From positions 18,055-82,054 of the forward strand of contig NZ_PVNL01000139.1 of NCBI RefSeq assembly GCF_002994635.1: 64,000 nucleotides of DNA, read 5' to 3'. Under the pieces are notes generated by a model. That model searched no databases, had not been told where the DNA came from, and was given only the letters and a program-made list of their open reading frames with translations. Position numbers and translations under genes: made by a program. This DNA comes from Enhygromyxa salina. Lineage in GTDB: Bacteria > Myxococcota_A > Polyangia > Nannocystales > Nannocystaceae. Positions 21,584 to 30,758 of this stretch are shown here, piece by piece. How positions within the stretch are numbered: the stretch's first letter is position 1; every line of letters starts with the position of its first letter.

Positions 21584-23740
21584 ATGACGAGCCTACCGCT
21601 GGCCAGCACGGCCCCGCGTGCGAGCAAGATCCCCCTGCGTTCGGCCCTTCAGCTGCGCAGCGATCCCTACACGTGGTGGCCCAAGAAGTACCTGGAGCTC
21701 GGCCCCGTCTACCGGGTCGCGATCCCGACCGACCGCAAGCCGTGGATCGTGATCGCCGGTCGCGAAGCCAACGAGCTGGTCGCAAAAGAGGGCGCGCACC
21801 TGTTCAACCAAAAGGCGACCTACCCCAAGGCGCCCAAGGTCCTGCGCACGGAGCTACACCCGAGCTTCACCGAGGGCGCGCTGCAGCGTCACCTTCGTCG
21901 GCAGGTCGCGCCGGGGTTCTCACGCCAAGCCGCGGACCCGCACCTCCCGGCCATGATGTCGTGGGTGCGCGAGTACGTGGATCGCTGGAGCCCGGGGCAG
22001 GTGATCCGCGTGACCGAGGAGACCTCGCGGATCGGGCTCAACTGCATCTCGCTGTTCGCTACCGGTCGCGAGCTCGACGGCGACAGCGAGGACATCCGCA
22101 AGTACGCGATCTCGTTCACGCAGGTGCTCGCGCTGGGGTGGCCGCTGGCTGCGCTGAACTTCGGCCGCACCAAGCGGGCCCGCGAGGCGCTCGACGGCAT
22201 GATCGAGCAGCGCCTCGCCGAGCACGAGCAGACCCCGCCCGGTCGCGACCGCGCTCCCGACTACTTCGACTTCTTGCTGCGCGGCACCTTGCCCGACGGC
22301 TCGCCCCTGCCCGCGCGCGAGCGCGTGGTGTTTGGCCAGATCCCGTTCAAGAACATGGGCGTCTACGCCGGGCGGGTCATCAACCACGTGCTGATGCAGC
22401 TGGTCCAGCGCCCCGAGGTGCTCGAGCAGGTCCTGCCCGAGATCGATCGGGTGATGGCCGACGACGAGCTCACGCTCGAAGAGATCGCCTCGATGGAGGC
22501 GACCCAGGCCGCCGTCAAGGAGACCCTGCGGATCCTCCCGACCGCCGTCACCTTGCAGCGCACGGTCGGCGAGCCGTTCGAGTTTGGTGGGTATCAATTC
22601 GAGGTCGGGGATCGGCTGTTCACCCCGCTGTCGGCCACGCACTTCCTGCCCGAGTTCTTTCCTGACCCCGAGCGCTTCGACATCGATCGCTACTCGCCCG
22701 AGCGCGGCGAGGATCGCCAGCGCTACGTCTACAACCCGTTCGGCCTGGGCCACCACGCGTGCGTCGCCCAGGGGGTGTTCGAGGCGCTGACCATGGTCGT
22801 GGTCGGCAGCGTGCTGTACCGCTGGAAGCTCGAGGCACCGTACAAGCTCAACACGATCTTCGACGCGCTGCCGGGGCCCGACCCCAAACACCAGATGCGG
22901 GTCATCGAGCGGCGCACGGTCGCGCCGCCGCCCGGCGTGCGTCGTCGCAGCCCGACCCAGCGCTACTCGCTGTCGGCCGCGATGCTCGACGCGATCGACG
23001 GGGCCCCCGAGGTCACGCTCGCCGACGACGAGCTGCTGTTCGCCCAGGGTGATCAGCCCGACTGCCTGTACTTCATCCTGGACGGCAAGCTGCGGGTCTC
23101 CACCGATCGTGGCGACGGTGAGGTGGTCGAGCTCGCAACCCTGGGGCCGGGCGAGGTCGTCGGCGAGATCGGGATCCTGCATGGGCTGCCGCGGGTCGCC
23201 ACGGTCCGCGCCGAGGGGCCGGTCACGCTGCTGAGCGTCGACGAAGAGACCTTCGCCCGCGCGGTCGTCGAGAGTGACATCACCGCCCGCGAGCTCGGTG
23301 ACCTGGCCGTGCGTCGCCACGCGGGCGCCCTGATCGCCCAGCTGTTCGACACGGGTCGGCGCATGCCTCGGCTCGGTCGCCACGGGCACGTGCTCGAGCT
23401 CGAGCTCGAGGCCGGCACGACCTTGTTCCGGCATGGCGACCCAGCAGAGAATTACTTCCTGGTCGCGTCGGGGTCGCTCGAGGAGCTGGCCGAGAGCCTG
23501 ATGGGCGAGCCGCGGGTGCTGCGGGTGATCCAGGCGCCCGACTGTATCGGCGAGATCGGGCTGATCGACGGCCGCCCGCGACCGACGACCGTTCGCGCCG
23601 GGCCCAACGGCGCGAAGCTGCTGAGCCTCGACCGCGACGCGTTCGTGCGGGTGTCGCAGGGTGACGAGTCGCAGGCTGCTGTCAGCTTGGTCGCCAAGAT
23701 CCGCTTCGATGACTCCGACGACGACGCGGACGATTACTGA
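21584..23740 (+). CDS. cytochrome P450 fused to two C-terminal cyclic-nucleotide-binding (cNMP/CAP-type) domains
   Basis: ATG at 21584. Heme-binding loop FGLGHHACVAQG. ETLR (EXXR) motif. Two cNMP-type modules (FILDGKLRV...GEVVGEIGIL and LFRHGDPAENYFLVASG...IGEIGLIDGRPR). Confidence 0.8.
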   Translation: MTSLPLASTAPRASKIPLRSALQLRSDPYTWWPKKYLELGPVYRVAIPTDRKPWIVIAGREANELVAKEGAHLFNQKATYPKAPKVLRTELHPSFTEGALQRHLRRQVAPGFSRQAADPHLPAMMSWVREYVDRWSPGQVIRVTEETSRIGLNCISLFATGRELDGDSEDIRKYAISFTQVLALGWPLAALNFGRTKRAREALDGMIEQRLAEHEQTPPGRDRAPDYFDFLLRGTLPDGSPLPARERVVFGQIPFKNMGVYAGRVINHVLMQLVQRPEVLEQVLPEIDRVMADDELTLEEIASMEATQAAVKETLRILPTAVTLQRTVGEPFEFGGYQFEVGDRLFTPLSATHFLPEFFPDPERFDIDRYSPERGEDRQRYVYNPFGLGHHACVAQGVFEALTMVVVGSVLYRWKLEAPYKLNTIFDALPGPDPKHQMRVIERRTVAPPPGVRRRSPTQRYSLSAAMLDAIDGAPEVTLADDELLFAQGDQPDCLYFILDGKLRVSTDRGDGEVVELATLGPGEVVGEIGILHGLPRVATVRAEGPVTLLSVDEETFARAVVESDITARELGDLAVRRHAGALIAQLFDTGRRMPRLGRHGHVLELELEAGTTLFRHGDPAENYFLVASGSLEELAESLMGEPRVLRVIQAPDCIGEIGLIDGRPRPTTVRAGPNGAKLLSLDRDAFVRVSQGDESQAAVSLVAKIRFDDSDDDADDY

Positions 23741-23857
23741 GTCAACCCCACAGGTCGATCGCCGAATGAGGGATTCACCCCCACGGCCACGGCGGCTTCA
23801 CCTCATCGCACCGATCACCGACCGGGCCCAGAGTGAAGCATGCGCAACCAACACCAG

Positions 23858-25852
23858 ATGTTTCCCCGGGGGCGAGGCCAGCGGGCGGCGATGCTCGTTG
23901 CCCTCTCCGCTGCCGCACCGCTCGCGACCAGCTGCGACAGCGACGAGCCCAATACCCACGACGCAATCCGATCCGGGCTGTCGGGCGACAGCGAGGTGAT
24001 CATTGAAGTCGATGTCGAGGGCTGCTACTCGCTCGCGAACAGCGGCACGGTCTCGCAGAGCTTCTTGCTCTCACACGCGACCTCGCTCGACGCGATCGAG
24101 CTGTGGATTATCCCCCATCTACACGACCCCACCCACCTGCGCGTCGAGCTGTCCACAGGCGACGGCCCCGGGGGCTCGCTGATCGCGACGTCGGAGCGCG
24201 TCAACCTGCTGCCCCGGGACAACGGCGAGCTCCCCGGTGAGGTCCCGGACTGGCAGACATTCACCTTCCTCGACGCGCCTCTGCTCCAGCCCGGCGCCTA
24301 TACGATGCGCCTGTATCATGAATGGGGCGAGTCGGGCGCCCACGGCTCATGCCTGGACCCGTACCCCGACGGCATGTCGTACTCGCTTGGGTACCAGCCC
24401 ACTCCGGACCGCGACATGGCCTTTCGTGTACTCGGGAACATCTGCGGCCCGGTCGAGCGGCTCGGCGACGACCCGCTCGACTGCGGGCCCGACCTGCTGC
24501 TGTGGCTCGATGGGGCCGACCGCGCCCAGACCTTGGCCAACTCGGAGCCCGCGGTCGACGGCCAAGAGATCGACGAGTGGCGCGACAAGAGCGGCCACGA
24601 TCACCACGCGATCGCCTACGCACCAAGCAAGAAGGCCGAGCTCGACACCAGCGCGTTCGGCGGCCGGCCGGCCGTTCGCTTCGAGCAGGACTTCATGGAG
24701 ATCCGCGATCTCGACCTGCGGCCTTCGACACACCAAGCGATCACCGCGTTCGCCGTGGTCCGTCGGCTCGGCGGCTATCCCAACATCTGGGTCGCCCAGG
24801 AGAACGGGTTCAACAAGCGCTCGCACACCCCGACTGGGGCCGCGCTCGGCACGCGCGTCGTGTCGTCGCTGGTGCTGGAGGGGACCCCCGACGACCGCCG
24901 ACGCCACTGGCTCGCTGGCGGTCAGATGACCGACGAGAGCAAGGTCTACACAGAGGGCTCCGACGGAGTCGGGCTCGGCATGCTGCTGTACGCTTGGGAC
25001 GGCTACGCGGGCGCGTACGCGGTCGACTACGAGCTCGCCGAGCTGGTGATCTTTGCTGGCGTCCTGCCCGAGAGCGACCGCGCGGAGATCGAGCAGCACC
25101 TGGTCGATAAGTGGGCGACGGACATCGAAGAGTGCCCGAACCCCGCCCCGTGGCCGCTGCCAGACCCACCCGCCGACGACTGGCCGCACTTTGTCGACAC
25201 CAGCTACATCGACCTCGACGACATCGGCTGGATCAGCAAGTACCGGTCGACGATCGGCTTCGACTACTCCGACGACTTCGAGTACTGCCGAGCGATGAAG
25301 CACTACCACCACCCCTTGGATGAGGTGGACTGGGCGACCGTGGAGATCCGCTCGCCGATCGCCGGCGAGGTCATCGCGGTCGAAGAGGAGATGTTCGGCA
25401 CGCGCGTGCAGATCCGCTCGACGGAGCACCCCGAGTTCGACTTCTTGCTGTGGCATATCGAGCTCGAGTCACCGCTGGCCGTGGGCGCGATGCTGCTCGA
25501 AGGCGAGGTCCTCGGCACCCACTATGGCAGCGACACCTACTCGGGCATCGCCGTGAGCACCGAGATCGACGGTCAGCGCCGGCTGTTGTCATGGTTTGAT
25601 TTCATCTCCGACGATCTGCTCGCCGAGTTCCAGGCCCGTGGTGGCATCACCTCGCGCGCGGACGCCATCATCAGCCAGGCCGAGCGCGACCAGAACCTGC
25701 TGTGTTGCACGAACGGTGAGTTCGATGGTGATGAGGATCTCACGGACTGGGTCGAGCTCGACGGAGAGGCCAACGCTGGCGCGCCAGCGCCACCCGTGTC
25801 TGGGCTCGCCGCACCGCTCGAGGGGCCGCCCGCCCAGCTGGGCTTTCGCTGA
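23858..25852 (+). CDS. hypothetical lipoprotein
   Basis: Start MFPRGRGQRAAMLVALSAAAPLATSCDS with lipobox LATSC. No recognisable domain. Confidence 0.5.
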   Translation: MFPRGRGQRAAMLVALSAAAPLATSCDSDEPNTHDAIRSGLSGDSEVIIEVDVEGCYSLANSGTVSQSFLLSHATSLDAIELWIIPHLHDPTHLRVELSTGDGPGGSLIATSERVNLLPRDNGELPGEVPDWQTFTFLDAPLLQPGAYTMRLYHEWGESGAHGSCLDPYPDGMSYSLGYQPTPDRDMAFRVLGNICGPVERLGDDPLDCGPDLLLWLDGADRAQTLANSEPAVDGQEIDEWRDKSGHDHHAIAYAPSKKAELDTSAFGGRPAVRFEQDFMEIRDLDLRPSTHQAITAFAVVRRLGGYPNIWVAQENGFNKRSHTPTGAALGTRVVSSLVLEGTPDDRRRHWLAGGQMTDESKVYTEGSDGVGLGMLLYAWDGYAGAYAVDYELAELVIFAGVLPESDRAEIEQHLVDKWATDIEECPNPAPWPLPDPPADDWPHFVDTSYIDLDDIGWISKYRSTIGFDYSDDFEYCRAMKHYHHPLDEVDWATVEIRSPIAGEVIAVEEEMFGTRVQIRSTEHPEFDFLLWHIELESPLAVGAMLLEGEVLGTHYGSDTYSGIAVSTEIDGQRRLLSWFDFISDDLLAEFQARGGITSRADAIISQAERDQNLLCCTNGEFDGDEDLTDWVELDGEANAGAPAPPVSGLAAPLEGPPAQLGFR

Positions 25853-25869
25853 CTTCACCAGGTTGGCTG

Positions 25870-25902
25870 CCGCGGTCGGTCCCTCACCGGGGTCGACCGC
25901 GG
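25870..25902. terminator. candidate bidirectional stem-loop between convergent genes
   Basis: ccgcggtcg-(14 nt)-cgaccgcgg perfect 9-bp inverted repeat, between the stop at 25852 (+) and the stop at 25912 (-). Confidence 0.35.
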
Positions 25903-25911
25903 ATGGCTGAC

Positions 25912-27240
25912 CTACACATAGGAAGCGTCGGCAGAGGCCGGAGGCAGCCGCACGCGGATCCGTGTGCCCTGACCCGGCTTCGACTCAATCGAGATCTGCC
26001 CGCCCAGGGCCTCGACGCGCTCGCCGATCCCGAGCAGCCCGAAGTGGCCCTCCGGCACCTTCGCTGGGTCGAAGCCGACGCCGTCGTCGCGAAGCTCGAG
26101 CTCCACGAACACGTCGACTTGGCGCACGCTGATCTGCACGCGTTGGGCCTTCGCGTGACGTGCGACGTTGCTGAGCGCCTCTTGCAAGATCCGACAGATC
26201 GCAATCGTGATGACCTCTGATGGCAGCGGCTCACCAAGCTGGAGCTGCAGCTCGACCTGCAGCTGCGAGCGCTCACGCAACTCGTCGGCGTATTGACGCA
26301 GCGCTCCGGCGAAGCCGAGCTCTTCGAACGCGAGCGGCTTGAGCGAACGAACCAGCCGCTCTTTCGCGTCGAACAGGCGGGCGACGATCCCGTCGATGGT
26401 GTCGAGCGCCTTGGCCGTGTGGGGGGGAGCCTCGCGCCGGGTCAAGTTGAGCTCGAGGCGCATCGCCGTGAGCAGCTGCGCGAGCTCGTCGTGGAGGTTG
26501 CGTCCGAGACGCTGCCGCTCTTGGTCGCGGCTGTGCTGCAGGTGCGCCGCGAGCTGACGCAGACGACGGGTCCGCTCGAAGACGCGACGCTCGAGATCTT
26601 CGTTGGTCCTGGCGAGCAGGACTTGCTGATCATAGGAGCGCCCGAGCAACTGGAACTGCAGGTGCCCGAGCACGCAGGCGATCACGGTCGTCAACACCAT
26701 CACGATCGCCACGGTCCCGAGGCCGTCGACCCCGAGGTACGCCGGCTCCGCGACGAAGTACGCGCCGGTGAGCGCCGCGCTGACCATGACCGTGATCAGG
26801 ACGCGGGCGCCGAGCGGCAGGCTCAGGGGCAGGATCGCCAGCGGCGCGATGTAGGAGGTGTGAAACCATGGCCGATCGGGCCCACCCGCGGCCGCGAGCA
26901 TCACCCCCGTCGACACGGCGAGGGCGACCCCGATCAGGCCGATTACCGTCGAGGTCAGCGATGGCTGGCGCGCGACCACACGCGGCGCAACCATCGCAAG
27001 CGCCGTGATGATCAGGATCTGGATGCGCCAGCGAGTGAACGCGTCGACGAGCTCCGGGCGATCGGGGAACAGCAGCAGATCCGAAGGCCAGCCGAGCAAC
27101 GTGGCGATGAAGAATGCCCCGCACAAGACCACGCCGTTGCGCTGGGCGAGGCGCTGGGCGTAGCGCTCGAAACCCACGTGCAGCCCATCTGACTTGGGGA
27201 CGATGGCGTCGAAGATCCGCGCCAGCAGGCTCGCGCTCAA
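25912..27240 (-). CDS. sensor histidine kinase (HisKA_3/NarX-type)
   Basis: TTG start in a 4-nt TTGA overlap with the response-regulator stop. Transmembrane N-terminus. H-box LHDELAQLLTAM. ATPase G-boxes (DDGVGFD, GLLGIGERVEALGG). Confidence 0.8.
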   Translation of the reverse strand: MSASLLARIFDAIVPKSDGLHVGFERYAQRLAQRNGVVLCGAFFIATLLGWPSDLLLFPDRPELVDAFTRWRIQILIITALAMVAPRVVARQPSLTSTVIGLIGVALAVSTGVMLAAAGGPDRPWFHTSYIAPLAILPLSLPLGARVLITVMVSAALTGAYFVAEPAYLGVDGLGTVAIVMVLTTVIACVLGHLQFQLLGRSYDQQVLLARTNEDLERRVFERTRRLRQLAAHLQHSRDQERQRLGRNLHDELAQLLTAMRLELNLTRREAPPHTAKALDTIDGIVARLFDAKERLVRSLKPLAFEELGFAGALRQYADELRERSQLQVELQLQLGEPLPSEVITIAICRILQEALSNVARHAKAQRVQISVRQVDVFVELELRDDGVGFDPAKVPEGHFGLLGIGERVEALGGQISIESKPGQGTRIRVRLPPASADASYV

Positions 27241-27884
27241 GCCTCGACCAACCCGATCTGGATCGCATGACGGACCAGATCCGCGACCGCGTGAGCGTCG
27301 AGCTTTCGCATCATTCGTGTGCGGTGGTTGTCGACCGTCTTGGCGCTGATCGACAGCGCCACCCCGATCTGCCTGTTGGTCAGGCCCTGGCCGATCAGTC
27401 GCAGGACCTCGAGCTCGCGCGCGCTGAGCAAGACGCGACCCGTGGCCTCGGCCTCGAGCACCGCCCCTCCGAGCGCGCTGCTGACGAACGCCTGCCCGAT
27501 CACGGCCGAGCGAATCGCCTCGGTCAGATCCGCGAACGCGTCGTCCTTGAGCACGATCGCCTGGGCCCCATGCTCGAACGCCCGACGGGCCAGCTCCGGG
27601 GCCCGCAGCGCGGTCAAGATGACGATTCGGAGCTCCGCAGGCACGGCGTCGGACTCGGTGAGGAGCTCCGCGACCTCCAGCCCCGTCCGCCGCGGCATCG
27701 AAACGTCGAGCACGACCACGTCCGGGCGCTCGCGCACGACCGCGGTGAAGGCCTCGTCTCCATCGGCGCATGTAGCCACGACCTCGATGTCGGGCTCGCT
27801 GTCGAGCAAGCGCGCGAGCGCCTCGCGGACCAGCTGGTGATCATCCGCGAGCACCACACGGATGCGCTGCGATGTCGGTGGCAC
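27237..27884 (-). CDS. response regulator, NarL/LuxR family
   Basis: REC domain (VVLADDHQLVRE...DVVVLDVSMP) plus a LuxR helix-turn-helix (LSARELEVLRLIGQGLTNRQIG). Confidence 0.85.
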   Translation of the reverse strand: MPPTSQRIRVVLADDHQLVREALARLLDSEPDIEVVATCADGDEAFTAVVRERPDVVVLDVSMPRRTGLEVAELLTESDAVPAELRIVILTALRAPELARRAFEHGAQAIVLKDDAFADLTEAIRSAVIGQAFVSSALGGAVLEAEATGRVLLSARELEVLRLIGQGLTNRQIGVALSISAKTVDNHRTRMMRKLDAHAVADLVRHAIQIGLVEA

Positions 27885-28015
27885 GCCCCGATTGTGCCGT
27901 GGTCTGACACGCGGTGCAAAGCGACTCGGCGTTTGTGATTGGGGTGAACACCCCAGCCGAGGGGCCTTGACCCGCCCTTGTCACAGCCACTGAAGTGACG
28001 GCCCGGCCCCTGGAG

Positions 28016-29134
28016 TCATTGGCTGACCGCAGCGATCGCGGCCCCAGCCCTCGCGGCCCCCGTGTCGCTGAAGTGCCACTGATCATAAAAACAATCCGCG
28101 CACCCCTCGAGCTCGACCGCCAGATCCACGAGCACGACCTCATGCTCGCGCGCAAACCCTCGCGTCTGCGCGTTGAAGGCCTCGACCAGCTGCCGGGTCA
28201 GGTCCGGTGAAGGCAAGAACCCCTCCCCTTGCCCCGCATACATGAACGGCGCCCAACCCCGACCCGCGCTCGGCTCCGCCCACGGTGCGACCGGCTGGGT
28301 CACGAGCACCAGACGCGCGCCCCGACCCCGAGCGAGCTCGTCGAGCGCGACCAGGCTCTGCACATAGTCAGCCAGCGCAGTCCGAAGCATCGCAACGTGC
28401 CCAGGGTGCAGCTCGACGACCCACCCGCGCGGATCGGCATAGGCCGCGCGCGGAGCCGCCAGGAACTGGCCGTGATTTCCCGGCCGATACCAACCACGAT
28501 AGGTCTGCGCTCGACCCTCGACACCAAACGGCGAGGCCGGATCCAGCCACACGTCCCACGCCGCGCCCGGTGCCGAGCCGACCCACGGCGCATGGTTGAA
28601 GAACGCCTGGGCCTCGTTGGCGCCAAACATGCCCACGAACAGCTCGGGCCGCCGCCCGCCCTCGGTGAACACCTCGAGCTCGGGCAACAGCTCGCTCAGC
28701 GGTAGCCCGGCCTGAGCCAGCGCCGCCGCCCGCACGCCTGGATCGCTCTGGGACCTGCCCGCGCTTGCGATCTGGGCCGTGAGCGTGTCGGGCTCGTCGA
28801 GCAAGCTGCACTCGACCGTGCTGCCCCCAAGCACCAGCACCTCGAACCCTCGACCCACGATCACGTCACCGCGCAGCCCCTGACCATTGCTGGCGTGGCG
28901 AGATCGCGGCCCCGCGTCCGCGACCCAGGCTGGATCGAGCTCGTAGATCTCATGCCGATACGCGACGCGAGCACCCGCGAGGTTGTGCGTGAGCGGCTCG
29001 AGCGGGATCAAGCTCGTCCCCGCGAGCACCGCGAGCGTGACCAGAGCTGCCAGCCCCGCGCGGGTCCGGGCCGACTCGGGCCCAGGGCTGGACTCGGAGC
29101 TGGGCTCAGAACTGGAAGTAGATGAAGGGGGCAT
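28016..29134 (-). CDS. SGNH/AlgJ-AlgX-like hydrolase/acyltransferase partner of the MBOAT
   Basis: Signal/transmembrane N-terminus. Overlaps the MBOAT stop, a gene pairing typical of alginate-type O-acetylation systems. Confidence 0.5.
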   Translation of the reverse strand: MPPSSTSSSEPSSESSPGPESARTRAGLAALVTLAVLAGTSLIPLEPLTHNLAGARVAYRHEIYELDPAWVADAGPRSRHASNGQGLRGDVIVGRGFEVLVLGGSTVECSLLDEPDTLTAQIASAGRSQSDPGVRAAALAQAGLPLSELLPELEVFTEGGRRPELFVGMFGANEAQAFFNHAPWVGSAPGAAWDVWLDPASPFGVEGRAQTYRGWYRPGNHGQFLAAPRAAYADPRGWVVELHPGHVAMLRTALADYVQSLVALDELARGRGARLVLVTQPVAPWAEPSAGRGWAPFMYAGQGEGFLPSPDLTRQLVEAFNAQTRGFAREHEVVLVDLAVELEGCADCFYDQWHFSDTGAARAGAAIAAVSQ

Positions 29135-30552
29135 CAGGCCTCGCGTGTGGTTCGGTGAACAGAGCGAGCAGGGCGTACGCGGCGAGCACCCAGCCGACGT
29201 AGGCGCGCGTGCGCTCGCTCGTTGCGGATCCGTCGTCGGCCCGCATCGCCCGGCGCATGATCTGGACGATCACCACGGGCGCGAAGAAGTGCAGCACGTA
29301 CAGTCCGTCGACCCAGGCCGCCGGATCGCGCCAGCTCGCCGCTTGGCCCAGACCCTGGACGGCGACCCCAGCAAACCCCCACGCGACCCCCAAGCTCGGC
29401 GCTCGAAACAACAGCCAGCCGACACAGACCGCGACAAAGGTCAACGCGACACCCAGCGACGCCCGCACGAGCCCGGTTGCCTCGCGCTCGGCGGCCCCGC
29501 GCAACCGCGACACCCCGCGCTCGAGCGCCAGCCACAACCCATGAAAGGCCCCCCAGGCCACGAAGGTCCAGGCGGCGCCGTGCCACAGACCGCCCAACAC
29601 CATCGTGACCGCGAGGTTGATCTGCGTGCGCACGGGCCCGCGCCGATTGCCACCCAGCGGAATGTACAGATAGTCGCGCAGCCAGGTCGACAAGCTGATA
29701 TGCCAGCGCCGCCAAAAATCGCGGGGTCCCCGAGCCAGGTAGGGCGCGTCAAAGTTCTCGGCCAGGCGAATACCGAGCATTCGCGCCACGCCCAGCGCCA
29801 TGTCCGTGTAACCAGAGAAGTCGGCCCAGATCTGACCTGCGAAGGCGAGGACACCCAGCCAGACCTGATGCGGCGCGACCTGATCGGCTGGGATCACAAA
29901 CACCCAATCAACATACGCGCCGAGGTTGTCGGCGATGATCATCTTCTTCCACAGCCCGACCACGAACCGGCGCGCGCCCTCGAGCTGATCCGCGGCGCCT
30001 AGCCGCGGCGTGCTCACGAGCTGAGGCAGCAGCGAAGACGCGCGCTCGATCGGACCCGCGACCAGCTGAGGGAAGAACGCCACATAGGCCGCGAACTGCC
30101 ACGGGTCGTCGGTTGCCTGGGTGCGACCGCGGTAGACGTCGATCGTGTAGCCCAGGGTTTGAAACGTGTAGAAGCTGATGCCCACGGGCAACACGATGTG
30201 AAGCGAGACCCAGTCCGCCTCCAGCCCCACCGACTGCAGCACCGCGGCCGTCGACGCCGCGAAGAAGTCCAGGTACTTGAACGTTGCGAGGACCCCGAGG
30301 TTGACCACGAGGCTCAGCCACAACCAGCGACGGCGCGACCCCTCGCTGCGCGCGAGCTGCCTGCCGCACAGGTAGTCGACGCCCGTCGACAGCAGCAACA
30401 GACCCGTGAAGCGCCAGTCCCAGGCCGAGTAGAACCCCCAGCTGGCCAGCGTCAGCAGGATCAGTCTTGCCCGCGCGTGGTTGCGCAGCGCCCAGTAAAG
30501 CGCCCACGTGACGGCGAAGAAGACCGCAAAGGTCGCGGAGTGGAACAGCACT
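29106..30552 (-). CDS. MBOAT-family O-acyltransferase (AlgI/DltB-like)
   Basis: GTG start giving (M)LFHSATFAVFF... Conserved MBOAT core (FFPQLVAGPIER, WRRWHISLSTWLRDYLYIPLGGNR, GLWHGAAW). Confidence 0.8.
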
Positions 30553-30758
30553 GCAAAGACTGTACTCCGGCGCGAGCGGTTCGGCACGCTCGCGTTCGCT
30601 CGCTCGGCTGCGGGCGCGTGACCGCGTCGCGAACCTCGTCCCAAGCCCGGCCGAGCGGCCAAGCGGCTCTCGACCAAGGCCGAGTGGAACCAGGCCAAGC
30701 GTGGTCGCACCCCGGGGACTGGATCGGATCTCACGAGCAGCCGGCACCCCCCGCGAGT

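Noticed and set aside
21920-23434. 504-aa minus ORF
   Set aside because: Antisense to the P450-cNMP fusion gene.
24347-25456. 369-aa minus ORF
   Set aside because: Antisense to lipoprotein gene 23858..25852. No motifs.
26293-27192. 299-aa plus ORF
   Set aside because: Antisense to the histidine kinase.
25912-27771. ORF-track N-terminal extension of the histidine kinase to 27771
   Set aside because: The extension runs through the response-regulator gene in another frame. A TTG start at 27240 gives a canonical TTGA overlap and a sensible transmembrane N-terminus.
28983-30002. 339-aa plus ORF
   Set aside because: Antisense to the MBOAT (AlgI-like) gene.
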